DNA of 63,861 nt, filler included, from Perkinsus chesapeaki ATCC PRA-425 (taxonomy: Eukaryota; Protista; Perkinsozoa): the NCBI GenBank assembly GCA_013115145.1. It is 8 parts of 8 records of this genome, joined end to end, with 100 filler letters (N's around TTAATTAATTAA, not from the genome) between each part and the next. Parts side by side here need not be neighbours in the genome. Positions count along the whole stretch, not along the records: positions 1 to 31,897 come from JAAPAO010000410.1; 7 more parts are not named here. One strand, given 5' to 3'. Positions 1-11,221 of this stretch are shown piece after piece. Numbering within the stretch: position 1 is the stretch's first letter; each line of letters opens with the position of its first letter. Both the position numbers and the translations under genes were made by a program. The notes beneath the pieces were generated by a model. That model had not been told where the DNA came from, did no database searches, and was given only the letters and a program-made list of their open reading frames with translations.

Positions 1-171
1 CTATTCCTACGACTATCACCATTCCCGCGGCTCATTCGGCTTGGTATCTTCTTTAGACTCGTGACACTCGCCTGAGTCGGCGGTACGCTCTGTCATGAAG
101 ATATCTTTTATTCTATAAAATGCACGCTTCAACCCCATAACTCAAGCTAAAATGGCCGATGAAAAAATCTT

Positions 172-1246
172 CTATTTGAAAACGCTGTGAACTGTTCGCA
201 GGATTCTCCTCGAGGCTGAAAAAGCATCGCCGAATTTATCCAATCCTTCCCTCTTTAATAAAACCTGACACCGGATATTTAGAAAGGTATCTTCTTCTGT
301 AAAGAATGCACGCGTCAACTTCAGATGCTATATAGAAAAGTGTTTTGTCTTTATGAGAAATGCGCGCTTCAACCTCGGATTATATACAGAAATACATCTT
401 TTATTCTGTATGCAATGCACGCTTCAACCTAAGATACTACCCCAGGTCCCTCGGCGTAAGCATCCAGATCTTCCTCACTTTCCACAACATAACGCGCAAC
501 TAATTTCAACGGATCTTCTGCATCCACTAGTACCTGAAAAGTCACACGCCGCAAAATAAGCATGAAGTGCACGCTTCAACCTAAGATTCTCCTACTTCCG
601 CAGAGACGAATCCGTCGTTCTTAAGCACCTCACTGACATGGCCTTGATTGACCAACCAAGAATGGAATCTTTTGGCCGTTTCGTCATCCCGGCATTTTAC
701 GTTAACTTCATATATGACCTTAAGAAACACGAAATTCGGAAAAATCGCATAATATTGGTCACCGATGATGTCCTTCTGCTGATTTTTTTCAAGGGACGAA
801 TGATGGAACTTTCCAGATTGACTTTTTTCTCGGGACAAAAAAACAGTCCCGAGCCAGCGGATTCCTCGAGGGAAAAAGCCAACGGGCTTCCAGTTATTTT
901 TTCCAGACAAAAAATTAAAAGAAATTTTCCCACAAAATCGCTTTTCCGGAAAATTTCTGAAAGTTTCTTCCTGTACGACTCATTCTCCAAATTGAAAAAA
1001 GCGATGATTCCGAATCTCAAGTAGACGCGGTCGAACATGAGCGAACCTCCATAAGTGGGCTACCGGGAAAAGATTTATCACGGAAAAATTTCGGAAAAGT
1101 TCCGGAAAAACTGAATATCGTAAAATTTTCAGAATTTTTCCTACCTGGTTCCCGGTAGAACAGCATCCAACTGATCTCATCGCCATAAGATGAAATCTCC
1201 CGAGTGCGTTGCCGAAGATACGCGTTCGAGAAGGCGAGAGAATCAT
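172..1246 (-). CDS. Multi-exon small protein with DUF4286-like (Dabb/ABM-type ferredoxin-fold) domain
   Basis: Three GT-AG exons (718-~597, ~530-440, ~267-172) splice in frame to VIYEVNVKCRDDETAKRFHSWLVNQGHVSEVLKNDGFVSAE-VLVDAEDPLKLVARYVVESEEDLDAYAEGPG-VLLKREGLDKFGDAFSASRRILRTVHSVFK*. This resembles the DUF4286 pattern (YEV..W...H..EVL...GF; Y.V.S.E.L..Y; FG...A.RR.L). Upstream exons from ATG 1246 are phase-compatible but tentative. Confidence 0.6.
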
Positions 1247-1410
1247 CTTTAAACCGCTACCTCATAAAACTCTTCCCGGACAAATCGGCGAAGTTTTCCA
1301 GACCGAAAATTAATTGAACTTCACAAAATATTGAACCAATAATAATAGAAACCAACATAACGCAATGAGTACTTTTCACTCGCCACGAAATTACCAAAAT
1401 AATACAATAA

Positions 1411-3957
1411 CTAACAGGAACGTTGACAGGAAGCTCTTGGGAGCTCTACGCGGGGCTCCATTCCGACCTCGGAAATATCTTGCGAGGAGCTAGACGGCGC
1501 ATCAGTGCTAGACAACACACTTCTGGGTGTAGTGAAGCCAGATGAAGAAATCGATGAAGTCGAGTTGGACGGCAGACGCCCGAGACCAGCTTCGAGGAGC
1601 TCCTCTGGAGGGCTTTGACCTTCCGGAATCTCTGGGCGCAAATAGGGTATTTTTAAAGCTTGCTGACGGTAGTCTCCAAACCAGTGAGAATAATCGATAT
1701 CACCAAGCTTGGACCTTGCCAAGTCGATCTCCACACATGTTTTTGAAGGCAAGTAAACAGCTACTCGGAAATGCTGTTGCTCGAGATAGACCCAGAAGAG
1801 TATCGTAGCAACGAAGAGGGGGACCATCAGGGGAGACGCCACAGCTCCCTCTTTTATAGCTAGGACCGCCATGACGGTAATTTCCGCGACAATCGCGCAG
1901 AAAATGACAAATCTCATCGCCCGCGTCCACATTTGGCCACCGGTGTCGTTGCTTGGGTCGTAGATGAAGCAGTATTGGTTTTTATAGACAACAGCCATCA
2001 CTGAGAAGGCGAAGGCCATCACGAAGGAAACAATCGGAGACGTGACAGAGTAGACAAATAGAATCATAAAGAAGAGCATCACAGTAGAAAGCAACTTCGG
2101 CTGGTCCAGTGTGACAGGAATGCCAAGGGGTGAGCAACCAAGGAACGACTGGCTTGCTTCCTTCTCGGTCAGTCTTGGACCGATGTTCTTTCTCACCAGA
2201 TCTTTAACATAGGGGGTGTAACGCAGCAATTCGGAGCCCAGCGGAGGGCCGACCTGGACGAATACGAAGGACATAAAGTAGTTCGCCTGTTGGGGCAAAT
2301 TGTTTCCAAGAATATCTTGTATCGTTCCCCAAGGATCGACCGTAAGCTCATGGAGACTTGCGAAGAGACTGCCAGCAATAGCACTTACGAAGAAGGTCTG
2401 GATAATATAGAAGGCGGCCAACTTGGCGAACAAAGATGCACTTAGGGTCGAGTTGGAGATATGCCCCTCCAACTGGGAGAACAATTTCAAGAACACAGAC
2501 AAGAGAGAGTTAAGAACCGCCAAGAGAATCGGGGAGACCTGCTGCAGCAAAACATCTATACCAGACCACGCTTCGGACCAGCTTTCCAGAAAAGGCAATT
2601 CTCGCTTCAAATTCTGCACTTGAGAAATAGACGACACAAACGCCACCGGGATAGTCCAGAAAACACACAGAACAACCGTGAGGCAGATGGACAGAAGCAT
2701 GCCGAGCTCCTGACGCATGTGTGGTATGCCGACATTATCCCAGTAGACATCCTCAGGTAGAGGAGCTGGCATGGCATAAATCTTGAAAGGCGTACCAGAA
2801 TGCAACATTTGCAATGCCATCATAGATGCTTTCAAAGACTTAAACGTCACAAAGCCGTCTGCGCGAACTTTGAATTCGCCTCTGTCACCAAACGGCAATA
2901 GTTTTTTGGGCACCAGTGCCTTCGGGAGGGGTACAATATCTGCGACGTTCTTAACAATATCGACCGGAGCTTTGGTAAGATTCTTCAACTGACCGCTGAG
3001 ATTCTTCGGCACGCCCACCTCCGCGGCATTCTCCAACCTTTGTTGGAATTGCTCATCGGCTCGTTCTTGGAAATCTTCTGCAGCTCGCACTGTTCGTTCA
3101 CAGTATCGATTCAACGCAGCCAATTGGCGCTCATAAACCGTAATAGCATCCATCTTCTCCTTGCCGCACATTTTTATTTTTATTTCCTGTCGTTCGCCCT
3201 TGAACTCAGCGACATTGTAAGCATGCTCCAACTTCGGCAACAACACTTCACGGTCGGCCTCCTGCTCTTCGAGCTCGTCGATGTCGAGAGCGACCCGAGC
3301 GTCGAGGACTTCTCCAGGGACAACATCTTCGAAAAATCTTCTCAGCGCTCGATTCGATCGCATCTCCGCCGGCAGACCTCTTACAAAAACCGTATAGTTC
3401 TCGACGCTGGGGCGCGCCAAATAACTGTGCCTTCTCGAAAGATACCAACTGAACTCGTGATAAATCAGATACATAGCATAGCCAAAAAACAAGTAAGATG
3501 CGATCAATGTCGCAATCATCGCAGTGTCGCCGTTCAACAGATTCCCGAGACTCCAAGACTGCATAGGGTCAGACTCGCCAGCAGACTTGTCTCGGTCTTG
3601 GTATTTATAGATCGGGATGAGGTACACAGAGTTGAAGCAACCCATGAGAGATATCCTAACTCCCATCTTCAAAAGTCGGACAAATGCCGCAGCATCCAGC
3701 CCGGCATACTCGTAAATCTCTTCATCGGAAACTTTCACCGCGCCCCAAATCCAACTGAATTTACCATATTTTTTCTCATCAAGTGGGCAGTTCAATTCGG
3801 GGATAGATTGCCGACAATTGTACAACTGTGGCGCCTTCGCTTTCACCAGACAATAGACCAAGGTCATGCCGGCAAAAATGCCAATATAGATCCCGAAGGA
3901 AATCAGGACGGCCATCGAAGTGGTGGTTTTACTGCTGTCGTCTGGAGTGCTCGCCAT
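1411..3957 (-). CDS. OSCA/TMEM63 (CSC1/ERD4-like) mechanosensitive cation channel, 848 aa, intronless
   Basis: Uninterrupted ORF with an N-terminal TM, GLDAAAFVRLLKMG, YTVFVRGLP, GFVTFKS, APLPEDVYWDN, FWTIPVAFVSSIS, LPQQANYFMSFV and multiple TM helices (RSN1_TM, PHM7_cyt, RSN1_7TM architecture). Confidence 0.92.
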   Translation of the reverse strand: MASTPDDSSKTTTSMAVLISFGIYIGIFAGMTLVYCLVKAKAPQLYNCRQSIPELNCPLDEKKYGKFSWIWGAVKVSDEEIYEYAGLDAAAFVRLLKMGVRISLMGCFNSVYLIPIYKYQDRDKSAGESDPMQSWSLGNLLNGDTAMIATLIASYLFFGYAMYLIYHEFSWYLSRRHSYLARPSVENYTVFVRGLPAEMRSNRALRRFFEDVVPGEVLDARVALDIDELEEQEADREVLLPKLEHAYNVAEFKGERQEIKIKMCGKEKMDAITVYERQLAALNRYCERTVRAAEDFQERADEQFQQRLENAAEVGVPKNLSGQLKNLTKAPVDIVKNVADIVPLPKALVPKKLLPFGDRGEFKVRADGFVTFKSLKASMMALQMLHSGTPFKIYAMPAPLPEDVYWDNVGIPHMRQELGMLLSICLTVVLCVFWTIPVAFVSSISQVQNLKRELPFLESWSEAWSGIDVLLQQVSPILLAVLNSLLSVFLKLFSQLEGHISNSTLSASLFAKLAAFYIIQTFFVSAIAGSLFASLHELTVDPWGTIQDILGNNLPQQANYFMSFVFVQVGPPLGSELLRYTPYVKDLVRKNIGPRLTEKEASQSFLGCSPLGIPVTLDQPKLLSTVMLFFMILFVYSVTSPIVSFVMAFAFSVMAVVYKNQYCFIYDPSNDTGGQMWTRAMRFVIFCAIVAEITVMAVLAIKEGAVASPLMVPLFVATILFWVYLEQQHFRVAVYLPSKTCVEIDLARSKLGDIDYSHWFGDYRQQALKIPYLRPEIPEGQSPPEELLEAGLGRLPSNSTSSISSSGFTTPRSVLSSTDAPSSSSQDISEVGMEPRVELPRASCQRSC

Positions 3958-5027
3958 TTATTTATACACGTGAAGAAACTGAGAAAAAAATCGGGAAAAA
4001 TCGGAAAAATGGGGAAAATTTTCCTAGCTAGACAGAAAATTACAGAAAAAAGGGAAAATCGCGACACAAAATTTGTGCAAAAATATTTTCCGGAAAAGAG
4101 GAGTCGGAAAAAAATATAAATTTCTGTAATGAAATTTCCAGACGAAAAATTTTTATCGAAAAAAATAATAGATAATTATCAAAAATAATTGGCAGTGATG
4201 ATTTATGTATCCAGATTGCATTAAAATGTAAATGTAACGATCCCAAAGAAAAAAAGAAAAATACCGGGGAAAATTTCAACTTTTTCACAATTTTCTCCAC
4301 GCAAGGACCCTGCTAGTAGCGGGCCCCTACTGTTATCAGTTGTCACGACAATATGTATCTAAGATCGATCGAGTAACTCGATTCGAGTTTGGCTTCAAAA
4401 TATCTCTGTATGGGAAATTTCTTCGACAGGAATGCTCGAAAGCAATCACACAATTTTTGTCAAAAACTCTGTTTCTTTCAGCTAGAGAAATCAGAAAAAT
4501 ATACACTTGAAAATCGGTAAATTCTCCATTTGTGAAAAAGGTCTCCAAAGATTATTTTTCCGCAAGAATTTCTTTCTTTCTGCGAAAACGCCTAGCGACG
4601 TTCTGCCGCCATTTTTCGTGTCACGAAATTGCCACACACTTGTCACGCGCCACAAAATTTTTCTCGAAACGCAACAGGAAAGTTCCATAGTTAGACGAAT
4701 AAAATAGCTCTTCACTCATTCTTGTTTTTCTTCTCGCCGAAAACCTTCACACAGAAACTGCATACTGGAGTGCCGACCAACATAACCTGACAGGGAAACG
4801 GAAAAAACAGGGAAATCGGGAAAAAATCGGGAAAAGCGGAAAAAGAACGGGAAATGGAAAAATTGAAAAGCGAATAAATACTGAATAAAAAACTTGAAGT
4901 ATTGAAGCATAGTCCCCATCATTTGAGCGCATTCACTCCCCCAAAGGCAATGAAGATCGGGACGCGTTGTGTCTGTCTCCGATGGCAAAAGCGGCAGTCT
5001 TTGGTAGTGGAAAAATGAAGTCAATCG

Positions 5028-5868
5028 TCATTGTTCGTATATTGTTTTCAGTGATACTGAAATGACTTAGACACTATTTATAAATTCATTAGTTTCTCTC
5101 TTACCACAATCGCCATCACAGCAATGGCAAAATGCATAGCATGAGTTGCAGGACAGATAGGAGAAGATTTTCCGCAGAGATTGTGGTTGGGCATCCCAGG
5201 CATGTCTGCAGTGCGAATCGATACGTATCTTCCAATGAACATGAATTTACCTCGCGAGTATCTTGCACGCTTCAACCTACTCAGCTCCGATCATCGTAAC
5301 GAGCATCCAGAGAGCACCAAGGATTGGTTGGAAGAAGATACTCATTGAGCTAGCCAGATGCGCACAGCCAAGAATCTTCATTAGCTGTGGCACGGTGGCA
5401 ATTCCACAGAACTTCATAGCGCTCTGAAAATTTGAAAAAAAAACCTTATTGAAAATCAAGGAAAATGCAAGTTTCAAATCAGAAATTAAATCTTAACATA
5501 AATCAATTATCCCCAACGAAAGTTCCCAGAAATTTTCTGGTGACTTTCCAGGGGGAAGCTCAAACATCTAGAGTTCGCGGGAATAGGCAGGAATTTTCAG
5601 AACTTTTGGGGGAAAACAGAGATGAGATTTCCAGAGATTTTCTTACCTTGATGAAGGGGGTTTTGGTAAAGTAAGAATACGCAACCGGAAGATGCGCTTG
5701 CAGCTCGGCGGGAGCAACGTTGTACGCACATGCGAGATTTGCGATGCCGGAACCTGATACATTCACTGCGCCACAAAATTATTCACGCGCCATTAAATTA
5801 CCCACAAAGGTGATCATGAGACCAAAGTAGCAGCAAACGGCGATTCTTTGGAAAACCCAGTTGATCAT
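5028..5868 (-). CDS. Small multi-exon membrane protein, DoxX-like
   Basis: Exons splice with consistent phases to MINWVFQRIAVCCYFGLMITFV-VNVSGSGIANLACAYNVAPAELQAHLPVAYSYFTKTPFIK-SAMKFCGIATVPQLMKILGCAHLASSMSIFFQPILGALWMLVTMIGAE-HAWDAQ.... The hydrophobic helices and the LG...A..ll..m.GA..H pattern recall DoxX. The family call is tentative. Confidence 0.5.
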
Positions 5869-5964
5869 GACGGGAAAATGCTTCCTGAAAATTCCCCATT
5901 TTTCCGACTTGAACGCAAAAAAATACCGAAAACTCTACAAATACTATGACCGCGCGCCAAGATA

Positions 5965-8900
5965 TCAATGAATAGAATCTTGTAATGCTTCTCCTTCTTC
6001 CAGCGAAATCCACTTGGGTGATCTTTTCTTGCGCGCCAAGAAAATGTAACATGCTCCACTGAACAGTAATCCCACAAGCAGGCCAAACGCGGCCGGCCAA
6101 AAAATCGATGCAAAATTGTCGGCGATAAATCGATCGCGCGATCGACAAGTCAACTCGTCCGGTACCAAGTGTCTTAGATGCGTCACAACTGTCGTCACAT
6201 TGCAAACGGACCTGAAGGGGGAATTTCGCGCGCCACGAAATGTCAAGCGGGGGAATTTTTCACTGGTCTATCTGCCCGCGTTGTGTGGAAAACTGGATTC
6301 AGTAAAGCTGAACATGATAAAGGCGCACTCTGGCTCACTTGGTGAGCCAAATTAAGCTACCGGGTCAGTTTTACTTCTTTGAACTCTTCAAATGGATAAT
6401 AAATATTCTTTGTTGCAATAAGATGTGATGAGGGCTCTCGTGGCGCCTCGACTCGGAGAGCTATATGCTGCACGTATTTCTGAACACACGTAACCGTATG
6501 TGTGCTGAGCAATACGATTCCTCCGACCATTAATCATCCCTATCATTTAAACTAATGAATGCTTTGCGATCTATTAATTATATCTTACTTTCCCATACAC
6601 TCCGGAATGGAGTCCGCTGTAGCGACTCTTCCATTATACACAAATCTGCCTAGATTATCTGAGTAAATCTCAAAGACGAGCATCGAGCCAAAAGTTGGCC
6701 ATACAGACGCACACAGCCTTCCAGAATCTTCCCCTAAAACGAATAAATATGAACATCGATCGTCTGATCGATATTGTTACATCGTAGTCCTAAAGCTGAC
6801 AGCATCTCTCCCATGGGTCCTGTGTCATGACCGGAATAAAGAGAAAACTTCCGCCCGGCCGTTGTGAGGTCGCCGATAATATCCTGAGTGCAATTTGATA
6901 GCAATCTCTACAGAAGTGAGAATTCGATATTATTATTAGTCTTGCTCAACCTTAATTTTTGATCTACCTTCCCTAATTTGCTACGTTCTGGTAGAACTTT
7001 ATAGAGTTTGTCCGAGTTACGACAACACATACATGATCTGCATGGAACACAAGAGCACCAGTCCAATGGAAATTATCATAGAATCTCCATCGCGGTTGTG
7101 GTTGCTCCATCTGTTAAGTTTAATGAGCCGCTACACGGCGCCGAAATAGTATTGGCAAAGGAGGTGTTTCTAAAGCATCATTTTGCTTTACAGCTTCCAG
7201 TTATCAGAATTTGTTCCTCCTTTAGATTCAAGTGTATCATGATACGGTCTCTAAGGGATGCTATCCTACAGCGATAGCTGCTAGGCATCGACTACGTGAT
7301 AGAGACAACATCGCTACATGATGACATCATGTAGCCTACATCTCAACATATAGCCTTCTCACAACGGCCTCACACCATATATCCTCCCGTCACCAAACCT
7401 CAGCAGAAACGTGTCAGTACAGTGTTAACACTCCTCCGGAAGATAGCTGCGCTACTAAATACGAATAGCTTGAACATTGGGTCCATGTCATTCCACACTG
7501 ATGGCTCGATGACTGCAATCTCGCGACAGTGGGTCCCTTCATACGACACCCTCCAAAGTCGTTAAAATAGGGATCATTTGCACTGCGAAACCGGGTTTCG
7601 GATTCCGAAATTCGAAAAACCCTAGTCTGGCCTAATCTGTTCTTTCGTCGCAAAAGAATTTTTTGACTCATCAACCGTACTTTGGACGAGCACTTTATTA
7701 TCCACTGCGAGAAGCAATCAATAAAAACGAAAAGTTCGGAATCCGACTACTGTACATTTGCGGAATATAGGAGACCCGACAGAGGGACTAGGCAGGGACC
7801 CAATAATGAGAATTGTAGAAGTAAAGACTGTTCTTGATGGACAAATGGTGATCGCAGCGATCAAGTAGCCTGCATTAAGACAGCATTCTGTGGATGAAAG
7901 TAGGAATGAGCCTCGAACCCCAGCGATGGACCATCGCCGATGGTCGCTGAACCACCGGAATCCGGTGACCGGATCGTCCTTCACGGTTACTACGGTACTC
8001 CTTCTCGCACACCAGTCACACTGGCGCACCATGTAACGCAGCGCGCTAGTAAGTATTTGACCATATGACCGTTCCAATAAAGTTGCTTCTGTCTTACTAA
8101 ATCTCCTACTCCTTCAACTCCTCTTCCAAACCCGCCATGTTTGCGCCCAGGAGAAATTATATCTCCTCAAGATGTTAGTTCTGGGAAGCTTAGAAATCTC
8201 ATTTTCCATTCATCAAATGTAACCCAACTCTCAATTACCCGAATAAGCGGTCCGACAGCAAAGTCCAACAACTCAGGGTTTATCTGATATCTTCCGATCT
8301 GCCAGAACCTACACTTCGTAATCAAAAGGTCCCGGGTTCAATTCCACCCTACGTCGCTTCATTAATTATATGCTGCCACAATTCCCCGCCTACTTCCAAC
8401 CCTTCAGGCAAATTTTTCGGTTCGCTGGGGACAGTCGGACAAGCATGGCTCATCAGGCAGTCCTGAGAATCTTGTTCATCTTGCTAATCTTACGTTTCCT
8501 CAATGCCTGTTTTATTACAAGCATTTTGCCGTATCGCTCAGCGAGATTCCGCGGCTCGTCATCGGACCAAATGTCACTGCGCCCCGTAATTTTTCCAATT
8601 TTTTCGCGGAATTTTTGCGATTTTTTCGCGTGTTGTTTAGCTTCATTTGAGCGAAAGAATTCTTCTTCCGCCGTAGACAGTGCCGGACAAATCTGAGGAG
8701 CGAAAATATCAGATTAAGGAAAACATCCAGAAAAAACGATGGGAAAATTCATTCTGTAAGATGCCACCATAAAATTCTATCAATACGTGTGTTAGGTCTC
8801 AGTTGTCTTACATTTTCTTGTTTCTCCCACAGGCAGCACTGTGCTATTAAATAGGAGGGACAGTTGACACAATTGTAGTTTAGCTGATATATGAAGCTAG

Positions 8901-11221
8901 TTGTGCTAGTCCATAATCTGTAGTTTCAGTGGGTGGTTTTTCTAAAATAGTCCTAATCAGACTATTAGGTTATTCCTAGGTTTTGTTCCTAGTAATATTT
9001 ATTCCCTGGTAGTCCTAGTATCCTGGTTTTTGGTATAGCATTTTAACCCACGGGACAGATGGTAGCATCGCTGTGCAAGGCCCGGTCTAATTATATTTGT
9101 ATTCAAAAACATAATCATTAAAACATACGGTAAGTCTAAATTTCCTAAATAGGAAATCTCAATAATTGCTGTGGTGTTAAGTCTCACGTTGGAAACGAGC
9201 GCAGAGGAATCCGTGAATTGCGAAAAACATTGTAGCATCTTTCTCACGCGAGTCGGAATCCATATTATATCATGACTTGGTATCCCAGAAGTGCATGGGA
9301 AAATGTCGTAACGTAAGCTTAATTTTTAATCTCACTACGCCACGAAATTACATCCTTGTTTGGTTCCATGCCATCAACCGCTCTGTCGGGAACGACCACT
9401 TCAAATGCTGTAAGATTGTCTGAGAAATCACGCGCCATTAAATACTGCCAAATCGATCACGTGATCGATTACAACCAAAGCACCCAAATTACTATTATTC
9501 CCTTCCGGGAAAATCCCAAGAGTCAGCGCCTCCGCACTTTCGATCGTCCGGGAACAGTCATCAGCTCGAATCATAATTTCAGGATTCTTAGGAACCTGGA
9601 AAAAAGACATTAATATGTGAAAACTGACCTAACCCGAAATTGACGGAGTCAATATCGTAATGAGTCACCCGAATATGATAATAATAAACCACCAAAGTTT
9701 CATAGCAAATAAGGGAGAAATCCGCATGTATCATTTTGATCTATTATTTCTACAACTCCCAATCCCCCAAAATAGTACCGCTCCAAAATGCAAAGAGTTT
9801 CCATAAGCTTCTCTCAAGGCCTGTCCATTCGCTATCTGCATGTCAATTCCAGAGTCTACTAGTTGACCTGATGAGACAGCGAAAAATAGGTATGAATCCA
9901 ACGGAACGAGATAACTCACGGTCCAAACTTTAATAAACGCGTTTCCCACTACAACATACTGTATCATATGCAAATGTCACGATCTAATCTTCTTGAAGAG
10001 AGAAAGTATTTATGAAAAAGAATCATAAAAATGTAAGAACCAAAAACATGATATTTCCATCAAAAAGCTCGTTTAATCGTATTAATGCGCACAAGCATAC
10101 TTATCCATGATAACCGTAAGCTGTAGAACTTGCTGGAATAATTTCCGTGTGACTTTTTATAGTACAGAACAACGAAGGTGAGATCGAAGCTGAAACTATG
10201 GAGACCCCAAATTGAGGTTATATCATACTTACTATTCAGGTACTCCTATACGTAGTATAGGATACATGTTAGCAAGACGTTATACTTAATTAGTTAATAT
10301 ACGTTATATAGTTAAGATAGACCTCAACTCCCACATACAGATGCACGAAAAGTTTCGATTGTGTTCAATGTGAAGAGGGAGCCCATAACTGACAACCATT
10401 ATAGTGTCAATTTTTGGTAAATAATCGGCATTTATCCTCCAGGGTTAAAACTTTGGAACATGTGGTACGACATATGCATTGGAAACGGATGGAACATTAG
10501 CAGCAATTCCCACCGGCACTTTAGAGAAGGAATCGTTCGAGCTAAGTCCCTAATACCTAGTATACAGTTCCCACGCAGTGCGCCGAGGTCGCCGCGCACT
10601 CGCAAGAATTTTGGGGAAAAAGAATCTTCCAAACGCTCATAGCCAGAATACGTCTGACTACTGCACGAGTATCTGGGGTTTAAGAATGCAAGATTCGCAA
10701 TAGGCTAATTAGAAAGATACGTTGCTTGGTCGCCTTCCCAGCATCCTTTATTATGTGTTAAAACTCTGCTGCCATGTCGGATAAATGCAACCACTCGATC
10801 CTGACAAATATTCGAGGTATTCTTGCCCGACATTTCCTACACGACCGATAAACGGAAGCGATCGGCGGCTCAATAAAGGACGGTAAATGAGGTCAAATAG
10901 TCCGTAATAATACCGTAATGTGTAGGCAAGCTTGAAGCATGCATGATTCCCGCGAGGTTGTTGTTAGTATCATACTAGGATTTGCTACACTCTTCGTATA
11001 GAACCATAAAAACCCCGAGTCAACCAAATCTCAATTAAACGTCATAGGTTGAAGCATGCAAGATATGAACTAGGTCTATTCACCCACCCTAATACCACTG
11101 AGCTTTGTGAATCTCTCTTTGGTGGCGTCGGCCATTTCAAATCTGCATGACAATAATAAAGGGAATCATCTTCAGGGAATGCTGAGACTGATGAGAGCCA
11201 TAAAATGGGAAGGAGAAACAT
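5965..11221 (-). CDS. Histidine acid phosphatase (His_Phos_2), signal peptide plus C-terminal TM anchor, ~11 exons
   Basis: Signal peptide MFLLPILWLSSVSAF at 11221; AFIRHGSR (~10770); LRGNCILG|GQLVDSG...NGQALREAYG; IMIRADDCSRTIESAEALTLGIFP; ICPAL; KFSLYSGHDTGPM (~6830); WPTFGSMLVFEIY...RFVYNG; final exon with TM FWPAAFGLLVGLLFSGACYIFL and stop at 5965. Confidence 0.88.
8312..8350 (+). pseudogene. tRNA 3'-half remnant (Thr-CGT-like loop, variable loop and T-arm) inside a phosphatase intron
   Basis: CTTCGTAATCAAAAGGTCCCGGGTTCAATTCC. No 5' acceptor strand or D-arm is recognisable. It lies antisense within the intron at ~8300-8388. Confidence 0.45.

Noticed and set aside
3040-4119. 359-aa plus-strand ORF
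   Set aside because: It is the antisense shadow of the OSCA CDS and runs into low-complexity A-rich DNA, with no family motifs.
3960-4900. Numerous 60-100 aa ORFs rich in K/F/I
   Set aside because: They arise from A/T-run low-complexity intergenic sequence.
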